Shown in pieces: positions 1 to 10,200 of a DNA stretch of 64,000 nt. The DNA is from Terriglobia bacterium. GTDB taxonomy: Bacteria > Acidobacteriota > Terriglobia > JAJPHL01 > JAPKYU01. Positions within the stretch are counted from its first letter, which is position 1, and each line of letters opens with the position of its first letter. Position numbers and translations under genes: made by a program. The notes below the pieces were generated by a model that searched no databases, had not been told where the DNA came from, and saw only the letters and a list, made by a program, of their open reading frames with translations. The stretch lies in NCBI GenBank assembly GCA_965223005.1, contig CBDCVK010000003.1, positions 64,001 through 128,000 on the forward strand. The letters run 5' to 3'.

Positions 1-2
1 TC

Positions 3-215
3 TACATCATCGATGCTCGGACATCTACGCCGGAGGGAGGGGTGCCATCACAAGACATCATTGGCGCCGTCGAAGTCCACGCTGGCGCGGTGACTGGCTA
101 CCAAGGCAACCCCAACTACCAGCTCTTCACGGCCAACGGCTTGATGATGCTAGAGTCTTGGTTTCGAAGTAGGCTACTGGAGGAGATCGAGAAGATGCTG
201 GACGAGTCCACCTAA
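3..215 (+). CDS. 3' end of a hypothetical protein (truncated by window edge)
   Basis: Open frame 3, YIIDARTSTPEGGVPSQDIIGAVEV...KMLDEST, ending TAA at 213-215; read manually, not in the ORF track. Confidence 0.65.
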   Translation, partial: YIIDARTSTPEGGVPSQDIIGAVEVHAGAVTGYQGNPNYQLFTANGLMMLESWFRSRLLEEIEKMLDEST

Positions 216-237
216 CACACCGGTGCAGCGGTTAGAC
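210..237 (+). other. Collapsed attC-like site (integron cassette junction remnant)
   Basis: ACCTAAC (RYYYAAC, containing the upstream stop codon) at 210-216 and GTTAGAC (GTTRRRY) at 231-237, with the next ATG at 245; only 28 bp long. Confidence 0.45.
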
Positions 238-244
238 AAACGCC

Positions 245-595
245 ATGCCCATCTCGCTGAAACGTGCCTACGAGACCCCGTCACGATCGGATGGCTGCCG
301 CATTCTTGTCGAACGGCTGTGGCCCCGCGGTCTCTCGAAGCAGGAGGCGAAGATCGACCTCTGGCCCAAGGAGGCTGCTCCCTCCACCGAATTGCGGCGC
401 TGGTTCAATCACGAGCCGGCCAGGTGGACAGAGTTCAAGCGCAGATACTTCAAGGAGTTGCGCGCCCGACAGGAGTCGCTGCATCCCATCCTCGAGCGCG
501 TCCGAGCTGGTCGGGTCACCTTCGTCTTTGCCTCACGGGAGTCGCGGTTGAACAACGCCGTCGCTCTCAAGGAGTTCGTGGAGCGTACAACCTGA
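245..595 (+). CDS. DUF488 / YeaO family protein
   Basis: Motifs KRAYE, RILVERLWPRG, APSTELRRWFNH and NNAVALKE. Confidence 0.92.
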   Translation: MPISLKRAYETPSRSDGCRILVERLWPRGLSKQEAKIDLWPKEAAPSTELRRWFNHEPARWTEFKRRYFKELRARQESLHPILERVRAGRVTFVFASRESRLNNAVALKEFVERTT

Positions 596-724
596 ATGAA
601 CACCGCGGCACCAAAAGCGAGAGAAGAGTCGTGCAGCTCGCGGCTAAACGGCACCCTTGCCGGAGACTGACCCGCTACCCCCGCGGGGTTGACTGTTGGT
701 CAAGGGCAGGGCGACAATGCCCAC

Positions 725-2044
725 ATGATTGAACAGTTGCTCTTACATCCAGTCCGGTCGCTGCACGCCACCGCCCCGGGTATTGCGGAAGTGGACCCGG
801 CGGTCCGCCGTGCCTTTCAGGCCGTGCCGGAAGTCCTGACCGGCATTCCGGAGGGCGCGCCGGTGGCCGTCACCTGCGGCAGCCGCGGCATTGACCGGAT
901 CGCGGCGGTCGTGCGGGCCGCCTGTGCCGTGTTGCGAGAAGCTGGCGCGCGGCCCTTCGTGGTTCCGGCCATGGGGAGCCACGGCGGCGCCACAGCGGAG
1001 GGACAGCGCCGGCTGCTGGCCGACCTAGGGGTCACCGAAGAGCTGGTGGGCGCCCCGGTAGTCTCCTCGATGGAAACGGTTTCGCTTGGTCGGACTCCCG
1101 AGGGCTTTGAGACCTTCATGGACCGCGCCGCATGGGAGGCCGGGCGGGTGCTGGTGCTGAACCGGGTCAAGCTCCACACCGACTTTGAGGGGGAGGTGGA
1201 AAGCGGCCTGCTGAAGATGATGACGGTGGGGTTAGGCAAGTTGGAAGGAGCCACCAGCTTGCACAAGAACAGTCTTCGCAGCGGATTCTCTGAGGCGATC
1301 CTTCCCATGAGCCGCCACGTGGTGGCCAGTGGCCGCATCCTGGCTGGGTTGGGCCTGGTGGAGAACGACCGGCACAGATTGTGCGAAGTCGCCGCCGCGC
1401 CCGCTGCCGACCCCGCTGCCGGCCCTGCTGCTGGCATCGAAGGGCTGGACCGTCGCTTGCTGGCTCGATCCCGGCAGTTGCATCCCAAGCTGCCCTTTTC
1501 CTCGCTGGACCTGCTGATCGTGGATGAGATCGGCAAGAACATCAGCGGCGTGGGAATGGACACCAAGGTGATCGGGCGCAGTGTCCATCCCGACCGCTTC
1601 CCGCTGGACGTGGAGCGCTCCATCCGGATCCGTCGCATCTACATCCGAGACCTAACACCGGAAAGCGAGGGCAATGCCTCCGGCATAGGCCTGGCCGACG
1701 CGATGCACGAGCGCATCGGCCGCAAAGCCGATTTCCACGTCACCTACACCAATGTGCGCACCGCGCTCGCGTATGTGCCTGCCCGCATGCCCATCTCTTT
1801 CCCAAGCGATCGAGCAGCGCTGGATTTTCTGCTGAGCAACCTGGGCTCGCCTGAGACCGAAACGGTGCGGGCCGCCTGGATTCGCAACACCTTGTCGATG
1901 GCCACGCTCCTGGCCACGCCTCCCTGCGTGGCCGAGCTGGCTGGCAACCCCAACTACGAAGTGCAACCCGCGGTGGCATTGGAATTTAACGAGGCGGGCG
2001 ATCTGAAAACAGGTCCTCCGGTCCTGGCCGAAGCCACCCTGTAA
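725..2044 (+). CDS. Lactate racemase N-terminal (LarA-like, DUF2088/DUF362-type) domain protein
   Basis: GSRGI, PAMGSHGGATAEGQ, NRVKLHTDF and GKNISGVGMDTKVIGR motifs; ATG at 725 preferred over TTG at 689. Confidence 0.75.
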   Translation: MIEQLLLHPVRSLHATAPGIAEVDPAVRRAFQAVPEVLTGIPEGAPVAVTCGSRGIDRIAAVVRAACAVLREAGARPFVVPAMGSHGGATAEGQRRLLADLGVTEELVGAPVVSSMETVSLGRTPEGFETFMDRAAWEAGRVLVLNRVKLHTDFEGEVESGLLKMMTVGLGKLEGATSLHKNSLRSGFSEAILPMSRHVVASGRILAGLGLVENDRHRLCEVAAAPAADPAAGPAAGIEGLDRRLLARSRQLHPKLPFSSLDLLIVDEIGKNISGVGMDTKVIGRSVHPDRFPLDVERSIRIRRIYIRDLTPESEGNASGIGLADAMHERIGRKADFHVTYTNVRTALAYVPARMPISFPSDRAALDFLLSNLGSPETETVRAAWIRNTLSMATLLATPPCVAELAGNPNYEVQPAVALEFNEAGDLKTGPPVLAEATL

Positions 2045-2046
2045 TC

Positions 2047-3090
2047 ATGCGTCCGGCCATTATTGCCGACGACCTGACCGGGGCCTGCGATTCTGCCGCT
2101 CGTGCAGCGCTGGCCGGCTGGCACCCGTTAGTTCTGCCAGCCGGAGGACGGGCAGGCTCTCCCCCGAATGCCATCGAGGCCGGAACAACCCACACCCTCT
2201 TGGTGGTCTCCACGGCCACCAGAAATCAGCCACCCGAGCCGGCAGCGAAAGCCGTGGCGGAAGTGGCGCGAGCTTTGTTGGCCGGCGGTGCTTTGCCCAG
2301 TTTCAAGAAGATTGATTCCACCCTGCGCGGGCCGTGGGCTGCAGAAGTGGCCGCGCTGCGGCAGGTCATTGGGGCGCAGGTCGTAGCCGTTGCACCTGCG
2401 TTCCCGGCCTGCGGGCGCATTGTGCGTAGCGGCATGGTGTACGCCGATGGGAAGCCAGCGGGCGAGCTGGCCCCCGCCCTGGCCGACGCCGGTGTTGCCG
2501 ACGCATTAATCGAAAATGCGGAGAGTGACAAGGACCTAGCCGCATTCGTCGAGTCGATCGCCCGACGTCGGGCCACGGTGTTATGGGTGGGCTCGGCTGG
2601 TTTGGCGCGCTTCGCGTTTGGCCCACCCCCGGCGGGCGAGCAAACCCGCGAACTGCCCTCACCTAGGTCCACCTCACCCAGATTCATCGAGGCCGCGCGC
2701 TGGCTGATCGTGGCCGGCAGCACCCACCCGGCCACCCTGGCCCAGGTGGAGGCGGCGCAAGTGGGGGTCCGGGACGCCGTTGGAGTTGCGGTAGAGGTGG
2801 TCAGCCAGGTTCCTAAAGCTTTGGAGCGTGACACCGGACTGTTCCTCATTGGCGGCGATACAGCCGAGGGCGCAGTCGGCGCCCTCCAGGTAGAAGCGCT
2901 GGAGGTGTTCGGCGAAGTACTTCCGGGGGTAGCTACGGGCCGGATGCTTGGCGGGCGGGCCGACGCCGTTCCCTTTCTTAGCAAAGCCGGCGGCTTCGGC
3001 CGGCCCGACGCTCTGATCCAGGCCATCGCCCTTGCCATGTCAAACCCGAGCGGGCAAGCGGCTGAGCTCATCGGCCATTCGCGATCATGA
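2047..3090 (+). CDS. Four-carbon acid sugar kinase family protein (DUF1537)
   Basis: IIADDLTGACD, FKKIDSTLRG, APAFP..GR, GGDTA and SKAGGFG motifs. Confidence 0.9.
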   Translation: MRPAIIADDLTGACDSAARAALAGWHPLVLPAGGRAGSPPNAIEAGTTHTLLVVSTATRNQPPEPAAKAVAEVARALLAGGALPSFKKIDSTLRGPWAAEVAALRQVIGAQVVAVAPAFPACGRIVRSGMVYADGKPAGELAPALADAGVADALIENAESDKDLAAFVESIARRRATVLWVGSAGLARFAFGPPPAGEQTRELPSPRSTSPRFIEAARWLIVAGSTHPATLAQVEAAQVGVRDAVGVAVEVVSQVPKALERDTGLFLIGGDTAEGAVGALQVEALEVFGEVLPGVATGRMLGGRADAVPFLSKAGGFGRPDALIQAIALAMSNPSGQAAELIGHSRS

Positions 3091-4052
3091 GGCTTCCCCG
3101 GATTGGCATCAGCTTGGGCGACCCTGCGGGAATCGGGCCCGAAGTGACTGCCAAAGCCCTGGCCCGCAAGTCCCTGCGCGAGCAGGCGGAGCTTTCCCCC
3201 ATCGGGCCGCCTTCGGTGCTCGCGCATTGGGGTCTGAGTGGCCCGCATGCCGTTCCCGCCGGCAACCTGGAGTGGTCACAGGTTCGTCCCGGGCAGGTCA
3301 GCGCCGAATATGGTCACGCAGCACTGGAGGCGGTTCGCGCCGGGGTGCGGTTGTGTCTCGCGGGGGAATTAGACGCATTGGTCACCGGCCCCATTCACAA
3401 GCGCGCGGCCCAATTGGCGGGGATAGGATTTCCCGGGCACACTGAATTCATTGCCGCGCTCTGCGGGCATCCGGAAGTGCGCATGCTGCTGGCCGGGGAA
3501 CGGCTGCGCACCATCCACGTCACCACTCACCTGGCACTCGGCGAAGCCTGCCACCAGGCGACCGCGGCTCGCGTCTGGCGCACCATCCAACTCGGTAACG
3601 AAGCCATGCGGCTGCTGGGCTTCGAGCAGCCGCGCATCGCCGTCGCCGGGCTGAATCCCCACGCGGGCGAGGAGGGGATGTTCGGAGAAGAAGACCGCCA
3701 GCAGATCGCGCCGGCCGTTGAGCAGGCCCGCGCCCAAGGCCTGCCAGCCTGCGGCCCGTTGCCTCCGGATACGGTTTTCCTGCGGGCCTGGCAGGGCGAG
3801 TTTGACCTGGTGGTGGCCATGTACCACGACCAGGGGCACATCCCAATGAAGCTGGTGGAGTTTGACAAGACCGTCAACATCACCGTCGGATTGCCGATTC
3901 TGCGCACCTCGGTGGACCACGGTACCGCCTTCGACATCGCCGGGCAGAACCGCGCTCGTCCGGAAAACATGGTAAGCGCTATTGAGGTGGCCATCCGCCT
4001 GGCCTCCCGCCGCAAATCCGTCGAAGCCCACCGTCCTGCCCGCTCCCAGTGA
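3087..4052 (+). CDS. pdxA: PdxA-family dehydrogenase (4-hydroxythreonine-4-phosphate / tetronate-4-phosphate dehydrogenase)
   Basis: GDPAGIGPE, GHTE, GLNPHAGE, AMYHDQGHIP and RTSVDHGTAFDIAG motifs; ATGA overlap with the kinase gene. Confidence 0.95.
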   Translation: MRLPRIGISLGDPAGIGPEVTAKALARKSLREQAELSPIGPPSVLAHWGLSGPHAVPAGNLEWSQVRPGQVSAEYGHAALEAVRAGVRLCLAGELDALVTGPIHKRAAQLAGIGFPGHTEFIAALCGHPEVRMLLAGERLRTIHVTTHLALGEACHQATAARVWRTIQLGNEAMRLLGFEQPRIAVAGLNPHAGEEGMFGEEDRQQIAPAVEQARAQGLPACGPLPPDTVFLRAWQGEFDLVVAMYHDQGHIPMKLVEFDKTVNITVGLPILRTSVDHGTAFDIAGQNRARPENMVSAIEVAIRLASRRKSVEAHRPARSQ

Positions 4053-6898
4053 AAGCGTTTCTTCTCTGCTATCCGCTCGTAGCCCTATTGCTCGGCACCG
4101 TGTCGGGCAGCGCGTCCTGGCTGCGCGAAGCGGGCATGCACGCGCTGGTGGTGCTGGCGCTGGGCGCCGCCTTCCTGGCAGCGAAACGGCAGCAGCGCTG
4201 GCCGCTGCTGGGTGGCTTCTTCGAGCCGCTGCTGGCGTTGCTGTTGGTGGTGATGGCTGCCGGCGCCCTTCAGTCGCCCTGCCCCGGACGCAGTTGGCGG
4301 ATGATGTTGCTGGCAGCAGCGGCGGCGGCAGTTTTCTACCTGGTGGTGGGGCTGGCCTCGTCCGGCCGGTCTCAACCAGCAGCCACCCTGCAATGGGTGC
4401 TCCCCGCGACGGGTACGGCGGCGGCTCTGGTAGGTCTGTCACTGTACTTCTTGGGCTGGACTCCCCGGGTGGTTGCACCGCTGGGGCATCACAATTACAT
4501 GGCGGGCTTCCTGCTGCTGCACCTGCCTCTGACGGCTGGCGCCGCAGCAGCCGCGCGCTCAAACCCTGCACGCCTGTTCTGGTATGCGGCAACGGCAGCG
4601 CAGGCGCTGGCGATTGTGCTGACAGGCTCGTTGGCGGGCGTGTTGGTGCTAACCGGGTTGGGTCTTGTCGCTCTAGTCAGCCGTTTGGGTTTTAGCCGTT
4701 TGAGCTTCAGAAAGTCACTCGGTCCACAATCCACAATCCGAAGTTCGAAATGGCAGCTCGTGGCGCTACTGGCATTGGGCACACTGGCGGCAGCCGTGTT
4801 CCTTTGGTCTCGCAGCCCCGTGGTTGCGGGCTTGCGAGGCCGCGTGGCCGCCATCGTGGCCGAGCGCCGCGATCCGTCGCTGTCGCTGGAAAACCGGCTG
4901 CGCCACCTGCGGGCCGGGTTGGGGATGGCTGCCGCTCGTCCGCTGGTCGGCTGGGGGCTCGGAGCCACGCCGTTTGCCGCTTCCTTGCACCGCGAGCAGA
5001 CGCCTGGGCTCAGCCCGCCCGGCGAAGTCTTGCCGCAGCTGCACAGCCTGCCCGCAAACCTGCTGGCTGAAACTGGCGTGCTGGGACTGGCCGCTGCCCT
5101 GTTGCTCGCACTGACCACGCTGAGGATGGCGACAGGCCGGGCGGCCACGGCTTTGTGGGCTTACCTCATCTTTTCCCTGAGCGACTATCAGCTAGATCTG
5201 CCCGCCATCTTGTTCCCGCTAGCCATTGTGGCTGGCTTTTCTGTAGCTACAGGCCTCCCGGCACGCAAAGAAATTCAACCTACTCCCGTGCTCCGGTGGC
5301 TGGCGATGGGCGGGTTGTTCCTGCTCTCGCTAACGGGCGCGGCGCTGCTGGGTCGTTCTTCGGTGGCCCATTACTTCTACCAGCGCGGCGATCCGGCGCA
5401 GGCAGCGCAATGGGATGCCAGATGCGGCTTCTACGCCTTTCGCGCGGGCGGGCTCGCCGACCAGCAAACTGAGGTAAATCAAACTGACGCAACCAATGCT
5501 ACCCGGCGGACCCGGCGGTTCTACCTGGAGGCGGCAACGCAGATGCCAAACCTTATCCCGGTGGCCGCCCAGGCGGGCAGCAGCCTGCTGCAAGCGGGCC
5601 GGTACAGCGATGCGTTGCCTTGGCTGGAGCGCGCCGCCGAGTTGGATTACTACTTCACCCTGGCGCACTTTCACCTGGGCCGGGCACGGCTGCGCACCGG
5701 CGATCAGGCGGGCGCCATCGAGGCTTTTTCAACTGCGGTGCTGGTCCAGCCAGCAACGGTGATGGCCGAGGACTGGCTGCGGTCGCCCGAGCGCGAGGTT
5801 TACTCGGAATCGCTGGAGCGCGCGCTGGACAAGCTTTATGAACTAGCCGCCTTCGATCCCGGAAGCGGTCCCTGGCCCGAAAGCGGTCCCTGGCGCCGTT
5901 GGAACGAACTGGGCGTCTTCTTAATCGGGAGTCGAAATCAGTTGCCGGCTGGTCCATACCGCGTGCTGTTCTTCGAGTTGGTGGACCGGGACCTGACGGT
6001 GAACCACAGCCTGATCGTATTTCGCCGCGCCGCCTCGCCGCTGCGCGTCGCTCCAGTTGTTCTGCTCTCATCCACACCCAACCCACGCCAGCCTGCCGGT
6101 CTCGGCGTTATCGCCGGCCTGCCCTCCGTCCGGGCCCTCGACCTTAAAATCCCTCCTCGCCGCACGCTTGCCGAAGCCCCACCCGTGGTTGGCGAAGGTG
6201 GGATTGTCAACGGTGCCAGTTTCTCGTCTGAGGCGGTCGTCAGCCCGGGTTCCATTGCCTCGCTGTTCGGGATGAACCTTGCAGCGGCCACAGTGGCAGC
6301 CAGCTGGCTGCCACTGCCCACCATGCTGGCCGGCACCGAGGTTCTGGTCAATGACACGCCCGCGCCGTTGTTCTTTGTTTCGCCGTTACAAATCAACTTC
6401 CAAATGCCGTTCGAGGTAACTGGCCCTACCGTCCGAATAGCCGTGGCCTCCGGCGGAGTTCGTGGCCCGGAAGTAATGGTGCCAGTGATGGTAAAAGTTG
6501 AGCCTGCGGCTCCGGGCATCTTCGCCGCTGTAGCAGGCGGAAGCGGGCAGGGTGCCGTTTTGAATGAAGACTTTTCGCCTAACTCAGCGGAGAACCCGGC
6601 GGCAGTGGGCTCGGTGGTTCAGATTTTTGCGACTGGCCTAGGCGCAACGGATCCGCCACTGGCTACGGGCCAGACTGGAGCCAGCTCGCCGCCATTCAAC
6701 CTAACAACAATGATGCCGGTTGTAATGATTGGTGGCGCCTCCGCGGAGGTACTTTCCTCAGGTATGGCGCCGGGGTTCGTGGGGCTCTACCAGGCCAACG
6801 CCCGCGTACCGACGGGAGCGCCAGCCGGTGATGAGGTGTCGCTGGAAATTGAGATCGGCGGAAGCAGTAGCAACACCGTCACGTTGGCTGTCCGCTAA
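4049..6898 (+). CDS. O-antigen ligase-like membrane protein with TPRs and a C-terminal TIGR03437-type domain
   Basis: Multiple TM helices; GHHNYMAG, LTGSLAG, PLVGWGLG and HSLPANLLAETGVLG (Wzy_C-like); TPR-like helices; C-terminal IVNGASF...LFFVSPLQINFQMP...APGIF...IFATGLG...GLYQAN. Confidence 0.8.
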   Translation: MKAFLLCYPLVALLLGTVSGSASWLREAGMHALVVLALGAAFLAAKRQQRWPLLGGFFEPLLALLLVVMAAGALQSPCPGRSWRMMLLAAAAAAVFYLVVGLASSGRSQPAATLQWVLPATGTAAALVGLSLYFLGWTPRVVAPLGHHNYMAGFLLLHLPLTAGAAAAARSNPARLFWYAATAAQALAIVLTGSLAGVLVLTGLGLVALVSRLGFSRLSFRKSLGPQSTIRSSKWQLVALLALGTLAAAVFLWSRSPVVAGLRGRVAAIVAERRDPSLSLENRLRHLRAGLGMAAARPLVGWGLGATPFAASLHREQTPGLSPPGEVLPQLHSLPANLLAETGVLGLAAALLLALTTLRMATGRAATALWAYLIFSLSDYQLDLPAILFPLAIVAGFSVATGLPARKEIQPTPVLRWLAMGGLFLLSLTGAALLGRSSVAHYFYQRGDPAQAAQWDARCGFYAFRAGGLADQQTEVNQTDATNATRRTRRFYLEAATQMPNLIPVAAQAGSSLLQAGRYSDALPWLERAAELDYYFTLAHFHLGRARLRTGDQAGAIEAFSTAVLVQPATVMAEDWLRSPEREVYSESLERALDKLYELAAFDPGSGPWPESGPWRRWNELGVFLIGSRNQLPAGPYRVLFFELVDRDLTVNHSLIVFRRAASPLRVAPVVLLSSTPNPRQPAGLGVIAGLPSVRALDLKIPPRRTLAEAPPVVGEGGIVNGASFSSEAVVSPGSIASLFGMNLAAATVAASWLPLPTMLAGTEVLVNDTPAPLFFVSPLQINFQMPFEVTGPTVRIAVASGGVRGPEVMVPVMVKVEPAAPGIFAAVAGGSGQGAVLNEDFSPNSAENPAAVGSVVQIFATGLGATDPPLATGQTGASSPPFNLTTMMPVVMIGGASAEVLSSGMAPGFVGLYQANARVPTGAPAGDEVSLEIEIGGSSSNTVTLAVR

Positions 6899-6958
6899 AT
6901 GGCCAAGTCCTTCCGTGGGCTCCCACAACTTTCCGAGATGCACAAGCGGGAGCCATCC

Positions 6959-8692
6959 CTAGCGGGCGGAGCGGAGCAGGTCGCGGGCGTGCTTAAGGAC
7001 GGTGTCGGTGATGCGGGCGCCGCTGAGCATGCGCGCCAGCTCCGGGGCGCGCTCGCCCTCCTCCAGATGGCGGGTCAGGGTGATGGTGCGGCCGTCGCGC
7101 TCCACTTTTTCGACGAAGTAATGGTGGTCAGCGAAGGAAGCGATCTGCGGTAGGTGGGTCACACAGAGCACCTGGTGGCCGGCGGCCAGCGCCTTCAGCT
7201 TGCGGCCCACAACTTCGGCGACGCGCCCGCCGATGCCGGCATCAATTTCGTCGAACACCAGGCTGCGGGCGGAGTTCGTCTGGGACGTCCTCCCCTTGGA
7301 CAAACCGGCAGGCCTGTCCCGACGGGTTTCGGCGGCGGTGATGAGCGCCAGCATCAGCCGGGACAGCTCACCGCCCGAAGCCACCTGATCCACCGGACGC
7401 AGCGGTTCGCCCGGGTTGGGCGAGATGAGAAACTCCACGCGGTCCATGCCGGACGCCTTCCAGGACTCGCTGCCGGAGGCGCCCTCGGCTGGCGCAGCAA
7501 ACTCGATGCGAAAGGCGGTGCGCTCCATGGCCAACTCGGCGAGAATCCGGGCCACGGCCTTCTCTAGCCGAGCGGCGGCGTTCTTGCGCTGTGCAGAAAG
7601 CTTTCCGGCCAGTTGACGGTAGCGTTCGGCGGCGGCTTCGAGTTCCTGCTGCGCCTGGCGTGCCAGCTCGTCCGAGGACGCCAACTCCTCCAGTTGCCGC
7701 GCCACTTGTTCCATGTGGGCCAGCACGTCTGCCAGCGTGGGGCCGTACTTGCGCTTCAGCCGGTCCAGAATTGACAGCCGGTCCTCCACTTGTTCCAGGT
7801 GCTGCGGGTTGGCGTTCAGTTGCTCCAGGTAATCGCGCAGGGAAAGGGAAGCATCCTCGACGCTGATGCGGGCGCTGCGCAGGCCATCGCAGATTGGCTC
7901 AAAGGTGCGGTCGAAGCGGGCCACATCTTCCAGCGCCCGCAGCGCCGCGGCCATGGCGGCTGCGGCGGCGCCAGGGGCGTCGTAGAGCTGCTGGTAGGCG
8001 CTCTCGACGGCGCCGTGGATGCGCGTGCTGTTGGCCAGCACGCGCTTCTCCTCCCCTAGCCGTTGGTCCTCGTCGTGCAGCGGGCGCGACGCTTCAATCT
8101 CCTGCTTCTGGAAGGACCACAGGTCAGCCAGACGCAGCTTCTCCTGCTCGTCACGGGTCAACTCGGCCAGCCGCGCCGTTGCCTGCCTCCATCCCCGGTA
8201 AGCATCGGCCAGCTGCTCGGCCAGTTCCTCGGCGCTGGCCGAGCGGTCCAGCAGCTCCAGTTGGGAGGCAGGCACCAGCAGAGCCTGCTGCTGGTGCTGC
8301 CCGTGGATGTCGGCCAGCCACGGGGCCAGGGCGCGCAGGGCCGCCACCGTGGCCGGGCGGTCATTGATGAAGACGCGGGTGCGGCCTGACACGTGCAGCT
8401 CGCGCTTCAGCAGCAGCTCGCCGCTTGCCGCCAGCTCGACGCCGACTTCGTCGGCGGCGCGTTTCAGGTCCCGCGACACCACGACTTCAAACAGGCCGCA
8501 CAGCACGGCCCGCTCAGTGCCGGAGCGGATGATTTCCGGCGATGCTCTGCCGCCCAGCAACAGGCCCAGGGCGTCCACCACGATCGACTTGCCGCTGCCG
8601 GTCTCGCCGGTCAGCAGGTTCAGTCCGGGGCCGAATTCCAGCGAAAGGCGGTCAATCAGCGCGTAGTTCTCAATGTGGAGTTGCTGGAGCAT
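6959..8692 (-). CDS. recN: DNA repair protein RecN
   Basis: LTGETGSGKS Walker A, ASGGELSR signature, VFDEIDAGIGG, VTHLPQIA. Confidence 0.97.
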   Translation of the reverse strand: MLQQLHIENYALIDRLSLEFGPGLNLLTGETGSGKSIVVDALGLLLGGRASPEIIRSGTERAVLCGLFEVVVSRDLKRAADEVGVELAASGELLLKRELHVSGRTRVFINDRPATVAALRALAPWLADIHGQHQQQALLVPASQLELLDRSASAEELAEQLADAYRGWRQATARLAELTRDEQEKLRLADLWSFQKQEIEASRPLHDEDQRLGEEKRVLANSTRIHGAVESAYQQLYDAPGAAAAAMAAALRALEDVARFDRTFEPICDGLRSARISVEDASLSLRDYLEQLNANPQHLEQVEDRLSILDRLKRKYGPTLADVLAHMEQVARQLEELASSDELARQAQQELEAAAERYRQLAGKLSAQRKNAAARLEKAVARILAELAMERTAFRIEFAAPAEGASGSESWKASGMDRVEFLISPNPGEPLRPVDQVASGGELSRLMLALITAAETRRDRPAGLSKGRTSQTNSARSLVFDEIDAGIGGRVAEVVGRKLKALAAGHQVLCVTHLPQIASFADHHYFVEKVERDGRTITLTRHLEEGERAPELARMLSGARITDTVLKHARDLLRSAR

Positions 8693-8710
8693 GGCAGCCG
8701 CCAGATGCCG

Positions 8711-8752
8711 GGTTTCAGGTGCCAGGTTCAGGTGTCACAGGTTCAGGTGTCA
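8711..8752. repeat. Short tandem CAGGT(T/G)-based repeat; a 19-bp piece recurs inverted at 42469-42487
   Basis: ggtttcaggtgccaggttcaggtgtcacaggttcaggtgtca. Confidence 0.7.
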
Positions 8753-9039
8753 AATGATAGCAGAGTCCGAGACTGCTAGTTCTGACTGCCAAATCCAGGA
8801 CTGCTTCCCCTTCGACCTTTGTTGACCAAGCCGGCGTTGAGCCAGGAATTCTACTTATGTGATACCGGCCTGATACCAGCCCTGACACCAGCTTTGAATG
8901 CGGCCGCTGGTTTTGTGCTAAGTTAAATGAGGGGAAGGCTGCAGCGGAAGGGATCTGCGACGGATTTAAGCGGCGGCCGGGAGCAGGCCAGCATCGCCGC
9001 GGCTTTAGAGTAAGCTGGGGAGTAAACGGGGGAGTAGAG

Positions 9040-9744
9040 TTGACTGTCGTTCCGCTTCTGGCTCTAATCGGCGGCACCGAAGTGGTCGGTTTGATCGGAC
9101 AGACCGGCTGGGTCGTCAAGGGTGTTCTGCTGCTGCTGCTGACGTTTTCTGTCTTTTCCTGGACGGTGACTTTCGCCAAGTGGCGCCGCTTCCGGCGGGC
9201 ACGCGCGCAGAGCGAGCGGTTCCTGCGCGCCTTTCGGCGGAGCCAGACCTTCTCGGAGCTGCATGCCATCAGCGACCAGTTCCAGCCCAGCCCGCTGGTG
9301 GAGATGTTTGAATATGGCTACGGAACCATCCGCCAGCAGGCGACCCCGGCCAATCCGCATTCGGGCAGGCTGCCGCCGGGCGGCGTCGCGCGAGTCCAGC
9401 GGGCGTTGCAGATTGCCGCCAGCGACCAGTTGACCGGCATGGAGCGCATGCTGAGCTGGTTGGCAAGCACGGGTGTGGTCGCGCCGTTCATCGGCCTGTT
9501 CGGGACGGTCTGGGGCGTCATGGACTCCTTTCACGGACTGGGAACAGCCGACTCGGCCTCCCTGCGCGCCGTGGCTCCAGGAATCTCCGAGGCCCTGGTC
9601 GCTACAGCCGCCGGGCTGTTCGTGGCCATCCCCGCGGTGGTGGCCTACAACCACTTCCTTCACGTGCTGCGCGATTTCGGGTCGGGCATGGACAGCTTTG
9701 CCCTGGAATTCCTGAATGTGGTGGAACGCGACCAGGCCGGCTAG
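9040..9744 (+). CDS. tolQ: TolQ (MotA/TolQ/ExbB proton channel)
   Basis: APFIGLFGTVWGVM and VAPGISEALVATAAGLFVAIPAV; first gene of the tol-pal cluster. Confidence 0.93.
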   Translation: MTVVPLLALIGGTEVVGLIGQTGWVVKGVLLLLLTFSVFSWTVTFAKWRRFRRARAQSERFLRAFRRSQTFSELHAISDQFQPSPLVEMFEYGYGTIRQQATPANPHSGRLPPGGVARVQRALQIAASDQLTGMERMLSWLASTGVVAPFIGLFGTVWGVMDSFHGLGTADSASLRAVAPGISEALVATAAGLFVAIPAVVAYNHFLHVLRDFGSGMDSFALEFLNVVERDQAG

Positions 9745-9765
9745 CAGGCGAGGCAAGGGTACACG

Positions 9766-10196
<431 letters not shown>

Positions 10197-10200
<4 letters not shown>

